Assembly (NCBI RefSeq): GCF_009914755.1
Contig: NC_060927.1
Length of the DNA: 64,000 bases
DNA from: the human T2T-CHM13v2.0 reference genome, Homo sapiens
Strand: one strand, 5' to 3'
The position numbers were made by a program, and so were the translations under genes. Within the stretch, counting starts at the first letter, position 1. The number at the start of each line of letters is the position of its first letter. Positions 26,106 to 41,047 of this stretch are shown one piece after another. Below the pieces are notes generated by a model. The model worked only from the letters and a program-made list of their open reading frames with translations, ran no database searches and had not been told where the DNA came from.

Positions 26106-26934
26106 CATAATGATTACTACCCCTGCTATTCCTTCTTCTAAGCTCAGGCACAACAAGGGCCAACCTCACAACGCACACAGCTCCATCCAGTAAGCTAGGA
26201 TTCCCAAATGGAATGGTCACCAAAGATGTTACACCAGACAATTTGGACCTTAAGCGGAGAAGAAAATAATATATATTATTTGCTGCACGGCTCTAGCTCA
26301 CATCTCTGCGTGTGGGAGCCCGCATTTATCAGATGGTCTCTAGAGAAACTCCTCACTCTGCAAGGCTCTCAGTTGGGAGTGAAGCCCTGATTTTTACAGT
26401 AACTCACATAAACTCTGGGGTCCATGTCATTCAGTCTTTAAGCAATAGCCTGTCAGAAGAAGCACAGAGACAAAGCCTTAAGTTATCTCTGAAGGAGACT
26501 GAAGAGGCTCCCGTCCACCCGACCGGCCTTCTTTCTGTGGCTGGCAGCGGCCCTGGAAACTCTGACCCCTTGCTCTTTCTCAATTCTTCATTTTCAACTT
26601 TCTACTCCAGCTTTTGCAGACATTCAGGCTTCAGGGTCCCTGTCTTTGAAACCTATTTGTCTTCCTTCCCCCTTCCCAGACCTGTCTCTCTTCTTCATCC
26701 CCCTTCCCAGACCTCCTGATGCCACAGCACGAAGTCTTGGAATGGGCTGGCTGAACTGACCCTCATTAGAGGGCCACGAGGAGGAGGAACTGAAAGGTGA
26801 AGACAAAATTCCCCTTGGACATAGGGATACATTGGGGGCGAGGGAGGTGGGAGGCCCTTACCGTGCTCTTATCTCAAACCATGCTCTCTGCCTCTCATGG
26901 GCACCAGCTACACCCATCTCCTTGCGTGGCCCAC

Positions 26935-27305
26935 GTAGGCTGTGTGCTCTTCCAATCATCTGCCTTTACTTATACAGCTCCCTCTGCCGGAAATGTCCTC
27001 CCGCTCTTGTTACATCTCATTCTTCAAGTTTCAGCATAAACATGTCCTTTTCAGAGAAGCCTTTGCAAACCAACCTCTCCAAGTTGCCCCATTCCTCTCC
27101 CTGTTTTTCTCTCAGCATTCTCTTAGTTTGTCTTCCCTTTGTAGCATTTACTGTAACTGGTGGTTCTTTCATTTGTTTACTTTTTTTTTCTATCAGCCTC
27201 TTTAGAATCCAAGCTCCAAGTTCCATGAAAACAGAGACATTACAGAAGCATCCCCAGGGCTGGGCACTTAGTAGGGCTCTCAGTAAATAGTTATGAATAA
27301 ACAAA
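26935..27305 (+). mobile_element. L2 3' end
   Basis: tcagagaagcctt...ctcagtaaatagttatgaataa. Confidence 0.65.
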
Positions 27306-28445
27306 TAACGGAATGATTGTTTTACGTCTTCAACTCACGATCAGTGTGACTCTGGAACTCACTTAACCATTCTGGGCTTTATTCACGTCTAAAGGGATGG
27401 CAAAATTTGCTCTGACTTCCTCCAGAGGCGGTCATGAGGACCAGCCCCATAAGGCAACCACAAAACACCTCAAAATGCAAAAAGCTTTACTATGTAGAAG
27501 TATTAGTGAGCCTTAAAAGCTGAAAGTTTGAAAAGATGTAAACAGCACTGAATGGTGCATGTTGCTGTGTAGTAGGGTACATTTTGTTGGTGCATTCTCT
27601 TGTTTTGAGTTTTCACCCTTTTCACCCTGCCCTGACCCACAGTATTTCGGAAGGAGCACACCCAAGGGGTAGCGTGCAAGTAGGCAAATGATCTGCCACT
27701 AACTGCTGCCCCTCACCTACTGTCAGCTGCTGTCTACATGGACAGCAGCTTTCCAAGAAAAATATACATCACTCTCTACTGCTGGTCTGGCTTGTCATTA
27801 TCATATTGTTCAGCTCTAGCCCCATTATACATCCCTCTGACTGCAACTAAACGGTCCACAAGGCGGAAACCTCGCCTGGCCTTCCCAGAAAACAGGCAAG
27901 GTTTTGCAGAAGGGTGGAACTCTCTGCTGCCATCTCCACCCCAAAGCAGAAGAAAAACAACCTAAGCCCCCAGCCTGTCACACTACAGCTTGGCTATTAT
28001 TTAGCTGACTAAATGCCCCCTTTTCATATTTGCACCTGAAGTAACAAATCAATCTCATCTTCTTGCCAAGCGCTCTCCTGCCTTGTGATTAGCAGGCAGT
28101 GCTGAGACTGACAGAGAGGTGTGGGGGCCTGGGCTAACCCTCTTGCATCCTGTTCTAGCACCTGAAATTGATCTTGCTTCTTGCATTTCTCCTCTCCTTT
28201 CTTCCCCACTCATCTGTTTCCGACCCCACAAACTGCACTTATTTAGGGCTTGGGAAGACATGGCCATGTCCTTGATTTATTTCAAATGAGCGGAAAATCA
28301 ATAATCTAGATACATCCCCTGTGTGCCTGCTTGAATGTATCTTAATTTTGTCCCATCCAGGGAGGGTAGCACTGTCTGTCTGTATGCCTGCAGCATCCAC
28401 AGGAAAAAAGACTGGTGGATTACACCACTCCAGAATGTTCTGGAG

Positions 28446-28646
28446 CAGTACTGTCCAATAAACTTTCAGCAGTGATCAGGCTATTCTCTATCTGTACTGT
28501 CCAATATGGTAGCCACCAGCCAGTGACACGTGGCAATTGAGCAGTTGAAATGTATGTCGCTAGTGCAACTGAGGAGCTGAATTTTTAATTTAATTTAAAT
28601 CTAAATAACCTCCTATGGTTAATGGCTATGGTATTGAACTATGCAG
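28446..28646. mobile_element. MER3 (hAT-Charlie)
   Basis: ctgtccaatatggtagccaccagcc...tagtgcaactgaggagctgaattttt. Confidence 0.8.
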
Positions 28647-28677
28647 TCCTGGAGCAGGGCTTTTCAAACCTGTGTGA

Positions 28678-29040
<363 letters not shown>

Positions 29041-29389
29041 ATAAAAAGGAATGAGATCATGTCCTTTGCAGGGACATGGATGAAGCTAGAAGCCATCATC
29101 CTCAGCAGACTAACACAGGAAGAGAAAACCAAACACTGCATATTCTCACTCATAAGTGGGAGTTGAACATTGAGAACACATGGACACAGAGAGGGAAATA
29201 GCACACACTAGGGCCTGTTGAGGGGTGGAGGGTGAGGGGAGGGAACTTAGAGGACAGGTCAACAGGTGCAGCAAACCACCATGGCACACATATACCTGTG
29301 AAACAACCTGCATGTTCTGCACATGTATCCCCCCCCCCCCTTTTTTTTTTAGAAGAAATAAAATAAAAAACAAAACAAACAAAAAAAAT
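29041..29389 (+). mobile_element. L1 3' end (L1PA8-like), 5'-truncated, with A tail
   Basis: atgagatcatgtcctttgcagggacatggatgaagct...gagggaacttagaggac...gcacatgtatccc. Confidence 0.92.
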
Positions 29390-29512
29390 AAAACGCAGAT
29401 TCTGAAACAGTAGATCTGGGAAAGGGCCTGAGATTCTGCATTTTTAACAAGCTTCTCAAGGATGTTGATGCTACCAATCCCTGCTCCAGCCTTTGAGTAG
29501 CTGGGGACTGGA

Positions 29513-29690
29513 CTGTTGGTTCTCAAACTTGATTGCACACTGGGCTTCCCCGGGGAGCTTTAAAAAATACTGATGCTTGGGTCCCGCCTGAGTGACTCTG
29601 ATGTAATTGGTGAGGGTGCAGCCTGGGCATCTGGATTTTTTTAAAAGTCCCAAGAGGATTCTAGTCAGCAGCCTTGGCCACTCACACTGC
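29513..29690. mobile_element. MER5B-like
   Basis: ggttctcaaacttgattgcacactgg...gagctttaaaaaatactgatgc. Confidence 0.7.
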
Positions 29691-30278
29691 ATTGCAAATG
29701 ACCTAGTTAATGCTTTTTAAAATAACCCGTCATTGCAGAGAACAGAGCACTAGCTTTATACTAATCTCTGAAGGGATCTTATTGGTTCATGGCCAAACCT
29801 TCAGGGAGTTTAGACTGATTTTGCCCATCCTGACTAGAATGGAAGCAAGCTTTTTAAGGTCGATCCAATCAGAGCATGTGCAGCTCTGGAGATGGGGTGG
29901 GGTGGGGAGTTGGGAGGTCTGTAAGAATCATCCCAGGAGATATCCAGCCTATATCTGCCAGCTCTATCCTATCCCCAACCTGGGATTCTATGTCACTACA
30001 AAGCCGTACCTGTGCCAACCCCTCCTAGTCCTTCTACCAGAGACTAAAAGCCACACGGATTTCAGACCTTAGGCTTCTGGATCAAAGTTCCTGCATTTGA
30101 ACTCTAATTCTGCTGCTCATTAGGTTTGTAACTTGTACAAGTTACCTATACTATCTGGGCCTTGATTCTCTCATCTGTAAAATGGGAATACGTATAGTAC
30201 CTTTCTCCCAGACTTGTGTGAAGGTTGGCCTAGTTCCCAGCACTGTGTGACAGTTCTAAGTGTCATCTTTGTCATTAA

Positions 30279-30644
<366 letters not shown>

Positions 30645-30854
30645 TCCTTTTAGTTTCTTAATTAAGCCCACCATGCTCCTGTTCACCCAGCACCCTGGCA
30701 TATGCTGGTGTTTCCTGCACGATTTCCCTCTCCTTTAGGCTTACTTGATGCCTCCCAACTTTCCTTAGATCAGCCCAACTATCACTTCCCTTGGAAACTC
30801 TCTTTTCTCTAATCCTTCTCAGCCCACGCTTATTACCACTTAGTGTGGTCAATG

Positions 30855-31190
30855 TTTAATCATTCAATACACATTGTTTGAGCACCTACTATATCCCATG
30901 CATTGTTTTCTACTCTGGGAATTTTGTTCTCTGCAGAGAACAATAAAAGATTTTATGAAAAGAAAAATCTGTATTCTTATGAAGCTTACATTCTGGGAGG
31001 GATGGTCCATAAACAGAGAAGTATGCTAGAGAGAAAAAAAGAGCAGGAATGTTGACAGAGTGAGTGGCCAAGAAGGCCACAAGTGAAGAGGGATGATTGT
31101 GAAAAGGCCTAGAGGAAGTATGGAGGAAGCCAGGCAGACACCTTGCAGGGACAAGCATTCCAGGCAGAGGGAACAGCAAGTGCAAAGGCA
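30855..31190 (-). mobile_element. L2 3' end
   Basis: cattcaatac...tgagcacctacta; cattccaggcagagggaacagcaagtgcaaagg. Confidence 0.7.
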
Positions 31191-32689
31191 AAATTGCAAC
31201 ATCACATTTTGTGTAATCATTGGATTAATCTTTAATGCATCAACACAGATCACAAACTCTATGGCAGAGGGCAGGAATCATACTTTTTTGTTCTTAGCAC
31301 CCAGCTCCTTGGCATGTAGTTAGGCACTAAATATATGTGGAATGAATCCACTCACTGGGCATTCTGGAATTTCTAGAGAATGTATGCTGGGGATGGGGGT
31401 GGGGAGTGGTTTGTATTCACTCAAGAATCTTTCATCAGTATCAATACCTGTCACCTGTTGAAAATAACTGTGTCAGGAGAAAAATCTCTTGAAATGGAAT
31501 ACTATTCTTTTCTTTTTCAAATTTCCTTTAAATGATCTCCCTTCTACCCAGCCAGAGGGATCCATCACACTGGAGAGGATTAGGACTGTGTGGCAGGAAT
31601 GCAGAGAGGAAGAAAGAGCTGATGTTCAGATTTCAACTCCTGAAATAGGCACTCGAAGCCCATTTCCGAGAATTCAATAGGCATGAAAGGCAGTGCTTCT
31701 GATGTACAAAACTGGTGTTTGTGAAAGGAAAACATTTAATAGCTTTATAGAAATGGGTTTTTTCTTCCTCCATATGAAAAGGTAAGGCTGTGAAAGAGGA
31801 GGACACACATGTATCTATAAGAAATAGATTCAAAAGCAAGTAGATGCCGTAGGGAACCCAGACCAGCTGGGAGAGAGAAAGGTTGGAGGGGTTGGAGGGG
31901 TTGGAGAAGGGGGAGCTGCAGGGCCCTGGAAGGTCTCTCTGAAGCAAGGCTTTAAGCAGTGAGCAGTGGCCTAGACCACTTTATCAGTCAGCATCCCCAC
32001 CAACTGCTCAACCAAAGAGACTTCAGTGGGGGGAACTATTGACAAAGGTGTGGGCAGGGGAAAGGAACCAGCAAGGGAGGTTGAGGCACTCAGACACCAG
32101 CAACCATGGGAAGCCCTTATGTTCCTCAGCCTGAAGGGACAAGGGGAGCAGGGCCATAACTCTGATCCCAGGAGGAGCTGGCAGCGCTACTGCCTGAGCC
32201 ATGGTGCTGAGGCAGGGAGGGAATGGGAAAGGATTAACCCCACCTACCTCTTCTCCCACCCTCAGAACTCCCGAGGGCTCCTCCCCAAGACCAAGGCACC
32301 TAATGTATGGCAGGTCCTTTGGGATGCCCCACACCATGCCCCCTGGGTCTGCTTCTCATAAAGCTCAGACTCTCGCAACAGCATGCCACCTCAAGTGCAC
32401 CCACTTTCTGCTCAGGATCGTCCTTGAAGACAGGGAGCCCTCTCAGCCAGTGCATATGTGAAGCCCAGAAATGCAGGGCAGTGAAAGCCCTCACAGGCAG
32501 CTCCGGTTCTGTGGGGCCTGGGAGCTGATGGACAGATACTGCCCAGTGAATGGCTCCAGGCATCTTGTACCCATCTCAGAGGTCCTAGCAGAATCTTTGT
32601 CTCAGACAACATACCCTTAAATTGACTCTCCCTGCTTTCCTGTCCTCTTTCCCTGCTCCCTCGCTCCGAGTCCTGAGACCAGCTCTGCC

Positions 32690-33080
32690 ACAGGTTGGGT
32701 TCTCTGCAAGGAGACTCTGAGATGGAATATGGGGTGCAAGGTGTTTATCAGGGAATCAATGCCTGTGAAAGGAATGGGGAGGAAGTAGATTTGGGCAGAG
32801 GGAGAAGCTGAGATGTGATGCAGGGATGCAGGATCAGCCAAGCCTTGGGCAGCCCATCAGGTTGCTGGGAGCATGTCCTGAGTCTCCCATGGGATGAATG
32901 GCCAGGCTTCTGTGCCCCCATGCAGATGAGGATGTGGGCAGCCTAGGAGGGCGTGTTCCATGCTGTCTCTGTAGTTGAGGCAAATCCTGAAGGAGCCAAC
33001 AGGGGGGCAATCAGTCCCTCCTGGAAGGGGGGCCTGCATGGGGAGCTCCACATTCACCATAAGCTCCCCAAGAAACAGGC
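32690..33080 (-). mobile_element. LTR16-family (ERVL) LTR
   Basis: gactctgagatgga...gatttgggcagagggagaagctgagatgtgatgcag. Confidence 0.6.
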
Positions 33081-34129
33081 TGCCCTCACATCCTTTCTGG
33101 GGCTCTGCTTTTGGGAGAGCCCAGATAAAGACACTGGGTGAGGTACTGCCAGGGTCAGCGTCCCAGGGCACAGAGAGGATAGAGAAGGGCAGAGAACAGA
33201 TTTGGGGCTTGAGGGCAGCACATCCATTCAACAAGCACAGCTGACATCCAGTGCTGGAGGCCCAGAGGTGCCCAGTGTGTGCAAGACTGCCCTCCTGCCT
33301 CCTCACTGAGTGGACACCCTCCCCCTCTTCCAGCACTCAGAGGACCCCGCCCAGGAAAGCCTTCCTGCTTTTACTAGGGAGGAACAGAAACTGCTTGATC
33401 TCCCCGACAAGCGCCACCTGAGCTAGAGGGGAGTAAAATCTACCCTCATTTGGGGACCGTCTCATTTACATCTTTTACAACGTTAAACAGAAGAAAGCAT
33501 CACTTAGCAGGTGCCCACCCTGATATCCAGCACCACCCTTTGCATTTGCTGTGATTACCTCCTTTAACACAGGTGGAAAATGTGACTCAGAGAGGTTAAG
33601 TAACTTACCCAAAGTCACACAGCCAAAACCCAACAGAGCCAGGATTTAGAGACATTCTGATTGACTTCATATTCCATGTAGATGGCACTATGAGGCACTG
33701 TCTCAGAAAGTTTTCTGCACACGTATTCCCCCATCCTACTCCCCAAGGCAAAGCAGAAGGCTGGGCTCTGGGTTTTTCTGGCTTGGGATGCCTTAATCAG
33801 ACCTCCAGCCCAAGCCAGTTTTCAGCGGCTTCTCCCGCGTTCCCAGCCTGTCTTCAATCACGCCGCAGCAGCCCCTACCTTGTTCATCACCGGCTTTCCT
33901 TCTCGTGCCTCCTCTAATTTTGCTCCATATCCTTTATGATGAACCATTGCATGGAGGGTGATTTACAACCTCCACTCTCATCTGCCTAGGGTTTAAAAAA
34001 AAAAAAATAGAAGAATTAAATTGGATCAAGCGCTCCAAGATCCTGTCTCTGACTTCAGCCTCTCTCGTTTACCCAGTGATGCATCACGCTGTGTTCTAAT
34101 GGCTTCCTAATGGGCAACTTAATCTGTCA

Positions 34130-35000
34130 TTAAACCCACTCACCAAGCGCCCCTTGCCAGACTCCTCGGCCATTGGTCTGCTTGCTGAGCCACGGCGTCT
34201 GTGGGGTGGCCCCGTCCTCAGATTGGCAGGGGTTCTAAAAGGAAGCGTATCCTTTCGTCTGGGGTCCCAGGCTCAAATGCCGACGGGGCCAGAGAGGTAA
34301 GAAAGGTGAGCAGGGCTGGGGGCTGGGACTCTGCGGCCGTCTAACGGGCAGCCCCTGCTCGGCCCCCCTCATCGCTGACTTATGGGGATCTGGGCCCAGA
34401 ACTTCCCATTTCTTGACACAAGTCGGAGATGTAGAAGTGTATGTATAATCTTCCCCTTTTAAAAATGTCAGCATCTATTTAAAAACATTTTTTTTAAACA
34501 CTGGGCAGGCCAAATAAAACATGGCAGCCGGCAGCTTTGGTCCCCACTGTCAACTCCTTCTCAGAGAGACCCCGAGATACCCCCCTGTGCTGCTCCCAGT
34601 CCCGGAGATTTCCTACAGCTCTGCTCAGCACGGGTAAGAGAATAATAAATCGGTCACTTCACTATCCAATTAGCAGCTGTTGCTCCCCGCTGGAGGAAGA
34701 AAACAAACAGGAAGACCCTGCCCTGTTTTGTTTAGGATCAAACTCGCCTCTGTACCACCTACCGGAGGGACTCTGGGGTTTGAGTTCTGGGGACAAGCGC
34801 GTGCCCCTGCCTCCGAATGAGCTCCTTTTACGTGTGAGTCCTGGGCACAAAACCACAGCCACCACAAGCCGCGGATGCTTCCCCAGCGGGCCCCGCGAAG
34901 GGAAACTCCGTGCAGGGGCAAAGCTGAGTTTTGCAACCAGTGAGCGGGAGCCCGGGGGGCGTGGCCAGGCTGAGGGGATGCGTTGTCCTGGTAACCCGTA
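34130..35000 (+). promoter_or_regulatory. CpG-enriched promoter-like region with candidate first exon
   Basis: Non-repeat and CpG-rich versus background; ATTGG at 34172 and 34222; ttctaaaagg at 34233; donors GAG|GTAAGA (34297) and AAG|GTGAGC (34306). Confidence 0.5.
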
Positions 35001-35129
35001 ACTTCCAGAACCATCCATCCTCTGGGGACTTCCTCTATGGGGCTGAAGGGCTTTCTTTCAGTCTCTCCTCAAGCCCTGTCAACATCACAGCAACATATTC
35101 CCTTAAATTCCTGAAAAGGTGCCACACTT

Positions 35130-35362
35130 GAGAGGCAGTGTAGAGTGTGAACCCTGGAGCCAGACCACACAGGATTAGGTGAAAGGCACTTAGCTTCCGC
35201 GGGAGCTGGAGCAAGACATTTAACCCCTCCAGCCTCAGTTTTCTTATCTGTCAAGTGGAGATCATAGTTGTGCTGACCCTGAAGGTGAAGATTAAATCAG
35301 TTAACATACGTAGCACATCCCCTGTAGTTCCTAGGGCAGGGTAAGTGCTATGTAAGTGTCAG
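35130..35362 (+). mobile_element. MIR
   Basis: ctggagccagac...gcctcagttttcttatctgtcaagtgg. Confidence 0.7.
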
Positions 35363-36194
35363 GAATGGTAATAATAATTTGGGGGAGCATCCGCTGTCCT
35401 CTTAGCTCTGAGAGATAGAGGCTCATCAATCTATGGGATCTCACATTAAGACATAGTTGAGCTGTCTCTGGGATGCCAAACTCCTAGAGTTTATCACTTC
35501 CCCCCTCTCCATGTATTGTATCCTCTCCCCTCCATCAACTCTTTGGAACTGTGGAAAGTTCTACCCCTTTCCAAACCCAACTCCAACGATACTCCTTCAT
35601 ACCACACACAATGTTCTTCACCCTCCTCTGAACTCATTTTATGCTCTATTGGCACACACACAAGAGCACTTATCACCATTTGCCTTAGACAGTAGCTATG
35701 TGTGGATACGATTTATCTCACTGGAGACCGTGACCTCATCTTATTTTTTATATCCCCCGTCGCACTGTGTCTTCGACATAATAGGTGTTAAGTCAATATT
35801 TGCTAAAGATATGTTAAGTGAATAAATGAATTAGATTCCCTGAAACAACCAGGGAGATTCACCTGGAGGAAGTCTGAAGTTTGAGAGCTTAGAACTCTCA
35901 GAATGGACTTGAACTTGGCCAAGGAAATCTCAGGGGCTATCAATAATAAGCAATAATTATAATAAATAAGAAAATACTAGCATTTATTGTGTGTCTGCTG
36001 ACTGCCAGATGCTGCTCTAAACTATTGACACGGACTATTTTCTGGAATTTTCACACCTGTCTGGTGAGGTTTGTTCTACTTTTGTCATCTCACAATCCCA
36101 GCCAAGGATGCTGCAGTTTAGGGGAGTGGAGTAATGTTCCTAAGACACAGCTGGCCAGTGGCAGAGTACGGATTTGAACCAGGTAATTTGGTTC

Positions 36195-36600
36195 CCATGG
36201 AAGCAAATATTTGAGCGCATACACTTAATTAGGGAAGTGGCCCTAGGGAGCACTGGTAGGGGGATGAGGAAGTGAAACGGAGGGAAGGAAGTAGAGTGAG
36301 AGTTTGTTCACAAGCAGGTCATCTCTGTGTGCAATGAAGCTCATTCCCACTGGGGACTACGGGGAGACTGCAGAATAGAACCTGCCTCAGAGCCATCATC
36401 CCAGAGGCTAGGGAGCATGGGCATTTACCCAATTCCCTTCATCTTTGGTTGGGGCTGCTCTTGGGGACAACCCCAGGCACTTCCAGCCTGGCCAGTGCAT
36501 GGACTGAGCATGCTCCTGTGGCCAGAGACAGCCCCAGACAGAGTGACAGGTTTCTTCAGTAAGAAGCTGGTGTTGCGTACAGCAATGGTGAATGCCAAAG
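36195..36600 (-). mobile_element. LTR33-like (ERVL) LTR
   Basis: gaagtgaaacggagggaaggaag...ctcattcccactggggact...gggcatttaccc. Confidence 0.5.
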
Positions 36601-36701
36601 GCAGGAGATAGGGGGCCAACACCATCTTCTACATCAGGGGGCTGGTTCCAGAGGCATTCCTCTTTCCACCAGCCCGCAGTCCAGCTCTGCTCACAAACAG
36701 A

Positions 36702-37037
36702 TTCCTTCCTTCCCTCCCTCCCTCCCTCCCTCCCTCTCTCTCTCTCTCTCTCTCTTTCTTTCCTTCTTTCACAGAGTTTCACTCTGTCACCCAGGCTGGA
36801 GGGCAGTAGTGCGATTTTGTCTGCCTCCCGGGTTCAAGCAATTCTTGTGCCTCAGCCTCCCGAGTAGCTGGGATTGCAGGTGCCCCGCCACCATGCCCAG
36901 CTAATTTGTGTATTTTTAGTAGAGACAAGGTTTTGCCATGTTGTCCAGGCTGGTCTCGACCTCCTGAGCTCAAGCAATCCACCCATCTCGGCCTCACAAA
37001 GTGCTGGGATTACAGGCATGAGCCACCATGCCTGGCC
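36702..37037 (-). mobile_element. Alu with (CCTT)/(CCCT)/(CT) tail and internal deletion
   Basis: Antisense Alu from ~36770; pyrimidine microsatellite tail. Confidence 0.93.
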
Positions 37038-37519
37038 CAGAAAGCCCACACTTTCTGATGTTCTTGTCTGGGCAGCAGATGCCTCCTCTAGGCGCACTTT
37101 AGCCTATTTTTAGTCTCATTATTGTTTCCATAGCCTTGGTGTCCTATTTTGTACTCCTTAACACACACATATATATCACAAACATAAACTTCTACGGGGC
37201 AAGACCTCCCTTCTGGAGGAAGTAAGCAAAGCCTGGAAGGTTGAAGCACCTTGATGAGAACCACCTGGATGGCTCATGGCAGCGCAGTGGCCAGGCCTTA
37301 GCATCCAGAGAGTCAGACATGAGTTTTGTTTTATTTTTATGTATTTGTTTATTTGGGGGGTAAAAATATTGTCCTGTTGAACAGCCTGATGAATATTAGA
37401 AATGAGCTCTTATTGGTGAAATTTAAAAAATTCTCAAGACACATGGATGGGCTTAAACCTTTTGGAGCTGTGCCACATAGACATGCAGGTAGGTAGGCTG
37501 CTTCCCTAATACTGTTCTG

Positions 37520-37803
37520 TTTTTTTAGACGGAGTCTTGTTCTGTCACCCAGGCTGGAGTGCAGTGGCACAATCTCCGCTCACTGAACCTCTGCCTCCCG
37601 GGTTCAAGCGATTCTCATGCCTCTGCTTCCCGAGTAGCTGGAATTACAGGTGCACCACCACACCAGCTAATTTTTGTATTTTTAGTAGAGATGGGGTTTC
37701 ACCATGTTGGCCAGGCTGGTCTTGAGCTCCTGACCTCAGGTGATCTGCCCGCCTCGGCCTCCCAAAATGCTAGGATTAAAGGCGTGAGCCACTGCGCCCA
37801 GCC
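37520..37803 (-). mobile_element. Alu (AluS-like)
   Basis: TSD cctaatactgttct/cctaatactattct. Confidence 0.95.
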
Positions 37804-38677
37804 CCTAATACTATTCTGGCACATGGGTCATGGAAGAATAGAGAATAGCCCACCACGAAGCCCCATGCCCACTTCATTTCCCCTCCTGACTTTGCAGACA
37901 GCCCTCCTGCAGGCAGTATAGGCCAGAAGTGAAGAACTTGGAGAACAAACAGACCTGGGTCCAAATCCTGGTTGGATCTGCTATGAAGACCTTGGGTGAG
38001 TTATGAAATCACTCTGAGGTTTGGGCTTCTCACTAATAAAATGGGTATAAACAACACTATCTACCTGATAGGTTTGTTGTGGGCATTAAATAAAGTACAT
38101 GCACATAACACCAGGTACTGAGCCCAGCTGGAGACTGACCAGAGACAATTTGGTAGAGGACAACCCCAGGTTCTTTTGCAGTACGTGCAGAGCAGCCAGT
38201 GAAGAGGTTTGAGGTGCCAAGGGTTTGCCACTCTCTACATGGCTTTGTTTCTGAGCTTTAAAGAAAGGGACTCTCTACCACACACAGGAGGGCTTATCAA
38301 TTATTACTGTTTTAGCAAGCAGGCACAAAAACAGTTCACATGGCCTATTTTGCTGATTTTCTTAGGGTAAAGTCTACAGACTCCCCTGCATTCTTCTATC
38401 ATGTTCATGAAAACATGTGGCATGTCTCTCCAGGATTTAAGCCAATCCATATATTGTGAATGCCTTAATTTCACCAATGAGAGCCCATTTCTAATGTGCA
38501 TTGAGCTGGTCAACAGGCCAATACTTACACAGAGACATGCACACTCTCATATCTGACATTCTGGGTGCTAGTTAACAAAGCTTTCATTGTTACTCAAGAG
38601 GTGGGAAACAAGGACTTGCAGCAGTCAGCTCTAGAATAAGCTGTCTGGTCTTCCTTGAACCATTCATTCTTTCATTC

Positions 38678-39018
<341 letters not shown>

Positions 39019-39344
39019 TAGATTAAGCAAAATCAATATCACACTACCTATGCTGAAGGACTTTAAAGGAAAGCAGAAACATCCTAAGCCCAGAAGACAA
39101 TTAGCATTCAGTAACTGATAGCTCTTACTGTCGGGACAGGGCCATACCATATCACCACCTCTACTTGACCCTGACTCTCCAAACTGGATCTACTTTTATG
39201 AGGCACAGGCTAAATTGGTGAAAAAGCAAGCAACTGTACAATCTTCACTCAATTAGCACTTGCTGAGGCTGAAATAAAGAAGGTTTGTATTTCCTATGCA
39301 GCATGATTAGGAAAAAGGAGGAGTGGGGGGCGGAGGCTGTGATG

Positions 39345-39773
39345 AGCTACCGAAATCATCCTTAAGGAGAGAGGCACCTAGGCCCCCAGCTTCTGGGAGA
39401 GCTGCCTGCTGACAGCCCTCAGTTGTCAGCACCCTAGAGGATTGCCTTGGTGGAAGAGAGCTGCCTCATTGCCACTGTCACGCCTCCTTCCATGGAAGCC
39501 TGCATCTAATGACTGATTGACAAAAGGGTGTGGAGTCCCGAGCCTCTCAGCCTCAACTTGGATGACTCAGAAAGATATTCCCAGCAAAGAATTCCGTGTC
39601 GAGTGGGCTGAGACCTTCCTCATGACTACATTGTAGCTCAGTTTCTCCCTCTGCCCAATTTGACTTCCTTCCCTTCCCAATTCTCCAGATGTTGATTCCA
39701 TGAGAACTCCCTAATAAACCTCCTGCTCACTAATCTCCATCTTAGAGTGTGCTTTCTGGGGAATCTACCCTGC
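39345..39773 (+). mobile_element. LTR16-family LTR
   Basis: ctgacagccctcag...ttctccctctgcccaat...ctccctaataaacctcctgc. Confidence 0.65.
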
Positions 39774-39801
39774 AAAAAGGAGGGAAGGGAAAAGTTGAGC
39801 T

Positions 39802-40285
39802 TGTAGGGGAGGAACATGTTTTTCTCGACCCTAGTCGGATCCCTGGCTTCATCTGAAAATTAAATTGACAAAGGTTAACAGAAGAAGAGCATGTAATTTA
39901 TTTCATACAAGTTTTATGTGACACAGCAGCCTTTATAGGAAAATGAAGATTCCCCAAAAAAACAGTTAAACAGTTACCAGTTTGGGTAAGAGTGGAAAAT
40001 GGAAAACCATGATAGGAAAAAAGGATGTGGGCTACGAATAGTGAGCTGGGGACACTTAGCAAGGCCTGTTCATGTGGATTCCTCTCAGGGTTCCTCTGTC
40101 TTCAGAGAGAAGGATGCTCCTTGCTCCCGGTACAGGGAGGGGACCTCTCACATGAGGGGCTTATGAACTGCTTCCGGGAAGGTCAGAGAGTCCTTGCTGC
40201 ACCTGCTCTCTCTCAAATTCCTTCAGCTTTAAATATTCAATATGCCAAGGTGCCATATGTTGGAGTAGCGTGTTCTGAAGCTCCT
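39802..40285 (-). mobile_element. ERV1 solo LTR (MER31/MER67-group-like)
   Basis: tgtaggggagg...aattgacaaaggttaacaga...aatattcaatatgccaaggtgccata. Confidence 0.55.
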
Positions 40286-41047
40286 GAAGCTTCAGCACAA
40301 TGTATGTTATTCAGAATTCAGATCTGGGGCTCATGGAGGGCCAAGGATTGTGATTGTCTTAATAGCAGTGTGAGGACCACCTTTGAAGCCAGGTCCCCAA
40401 GGGTCAGCACATAGAGGATTTTATGTTTCCAAGCTTTTTCCAGTTAATAGCTAGCAGATGCCAGATTCAAACCTCAAGACAACTTGCCCCTGGAACCTGT
40501 CCCTTCTCAGTCTTCTTTCAAATATCTTCCAATAAACCAAGTGCTCAGGAACGAGGCTTCCAATGCAAATGGATTCTTCCATGCTCAGAGTAAAGCCGGG
40601 CTTTGGAGAGCCTTACAGCTCACTGGTTCAGACCTGATACTGTCAGATGAGGACACCAAGGCCTGGAATGGAGTATGGACAAATCCAAGGTCTAAATGAC
40701 TTTGTGGTGGAGCTGGGACACAGCCCCAGACCTCCCAGCTTTGTCTTGAATTTTCTGATTTATTCAGCTCCATCACATGGGAGTGGTGGGGCAAGGATAC
40801 TCAAAATCCCACCAGCCTGGGCAAAGGCCCTTTCAACAGTAATAACACCTTTTAGTGAGCATTTACTCTGTGGCAGGAGTCAGATTACACTCTTTGGCTT
40901 GTTTAAACCGTAATCTCATTGAATTTTTACAATTATCCAATACAAATAGATATTATACCCATTTTATAGAAGATGAATCAGACTCAGAGAGGTAACATAT
41001 CCAACAAACTGGTGGCCAGATTGAACATGAGGTCAATTTCACTTTAT

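Noticed and set aside
33405-33425. CTCF-like motif gcgccacctgagc (and gcgccccttgccag at ~34147)
   Set aside because: Only part of the core matches; cannot be supported without a PWM score or ChIP data.
34537-35018. 154, 118 and 114 aa overlapping ORFs
   Set aside because: Expected in GC-rich DNA, no recognisable domain, and the longest starts at a non-ATG codon.
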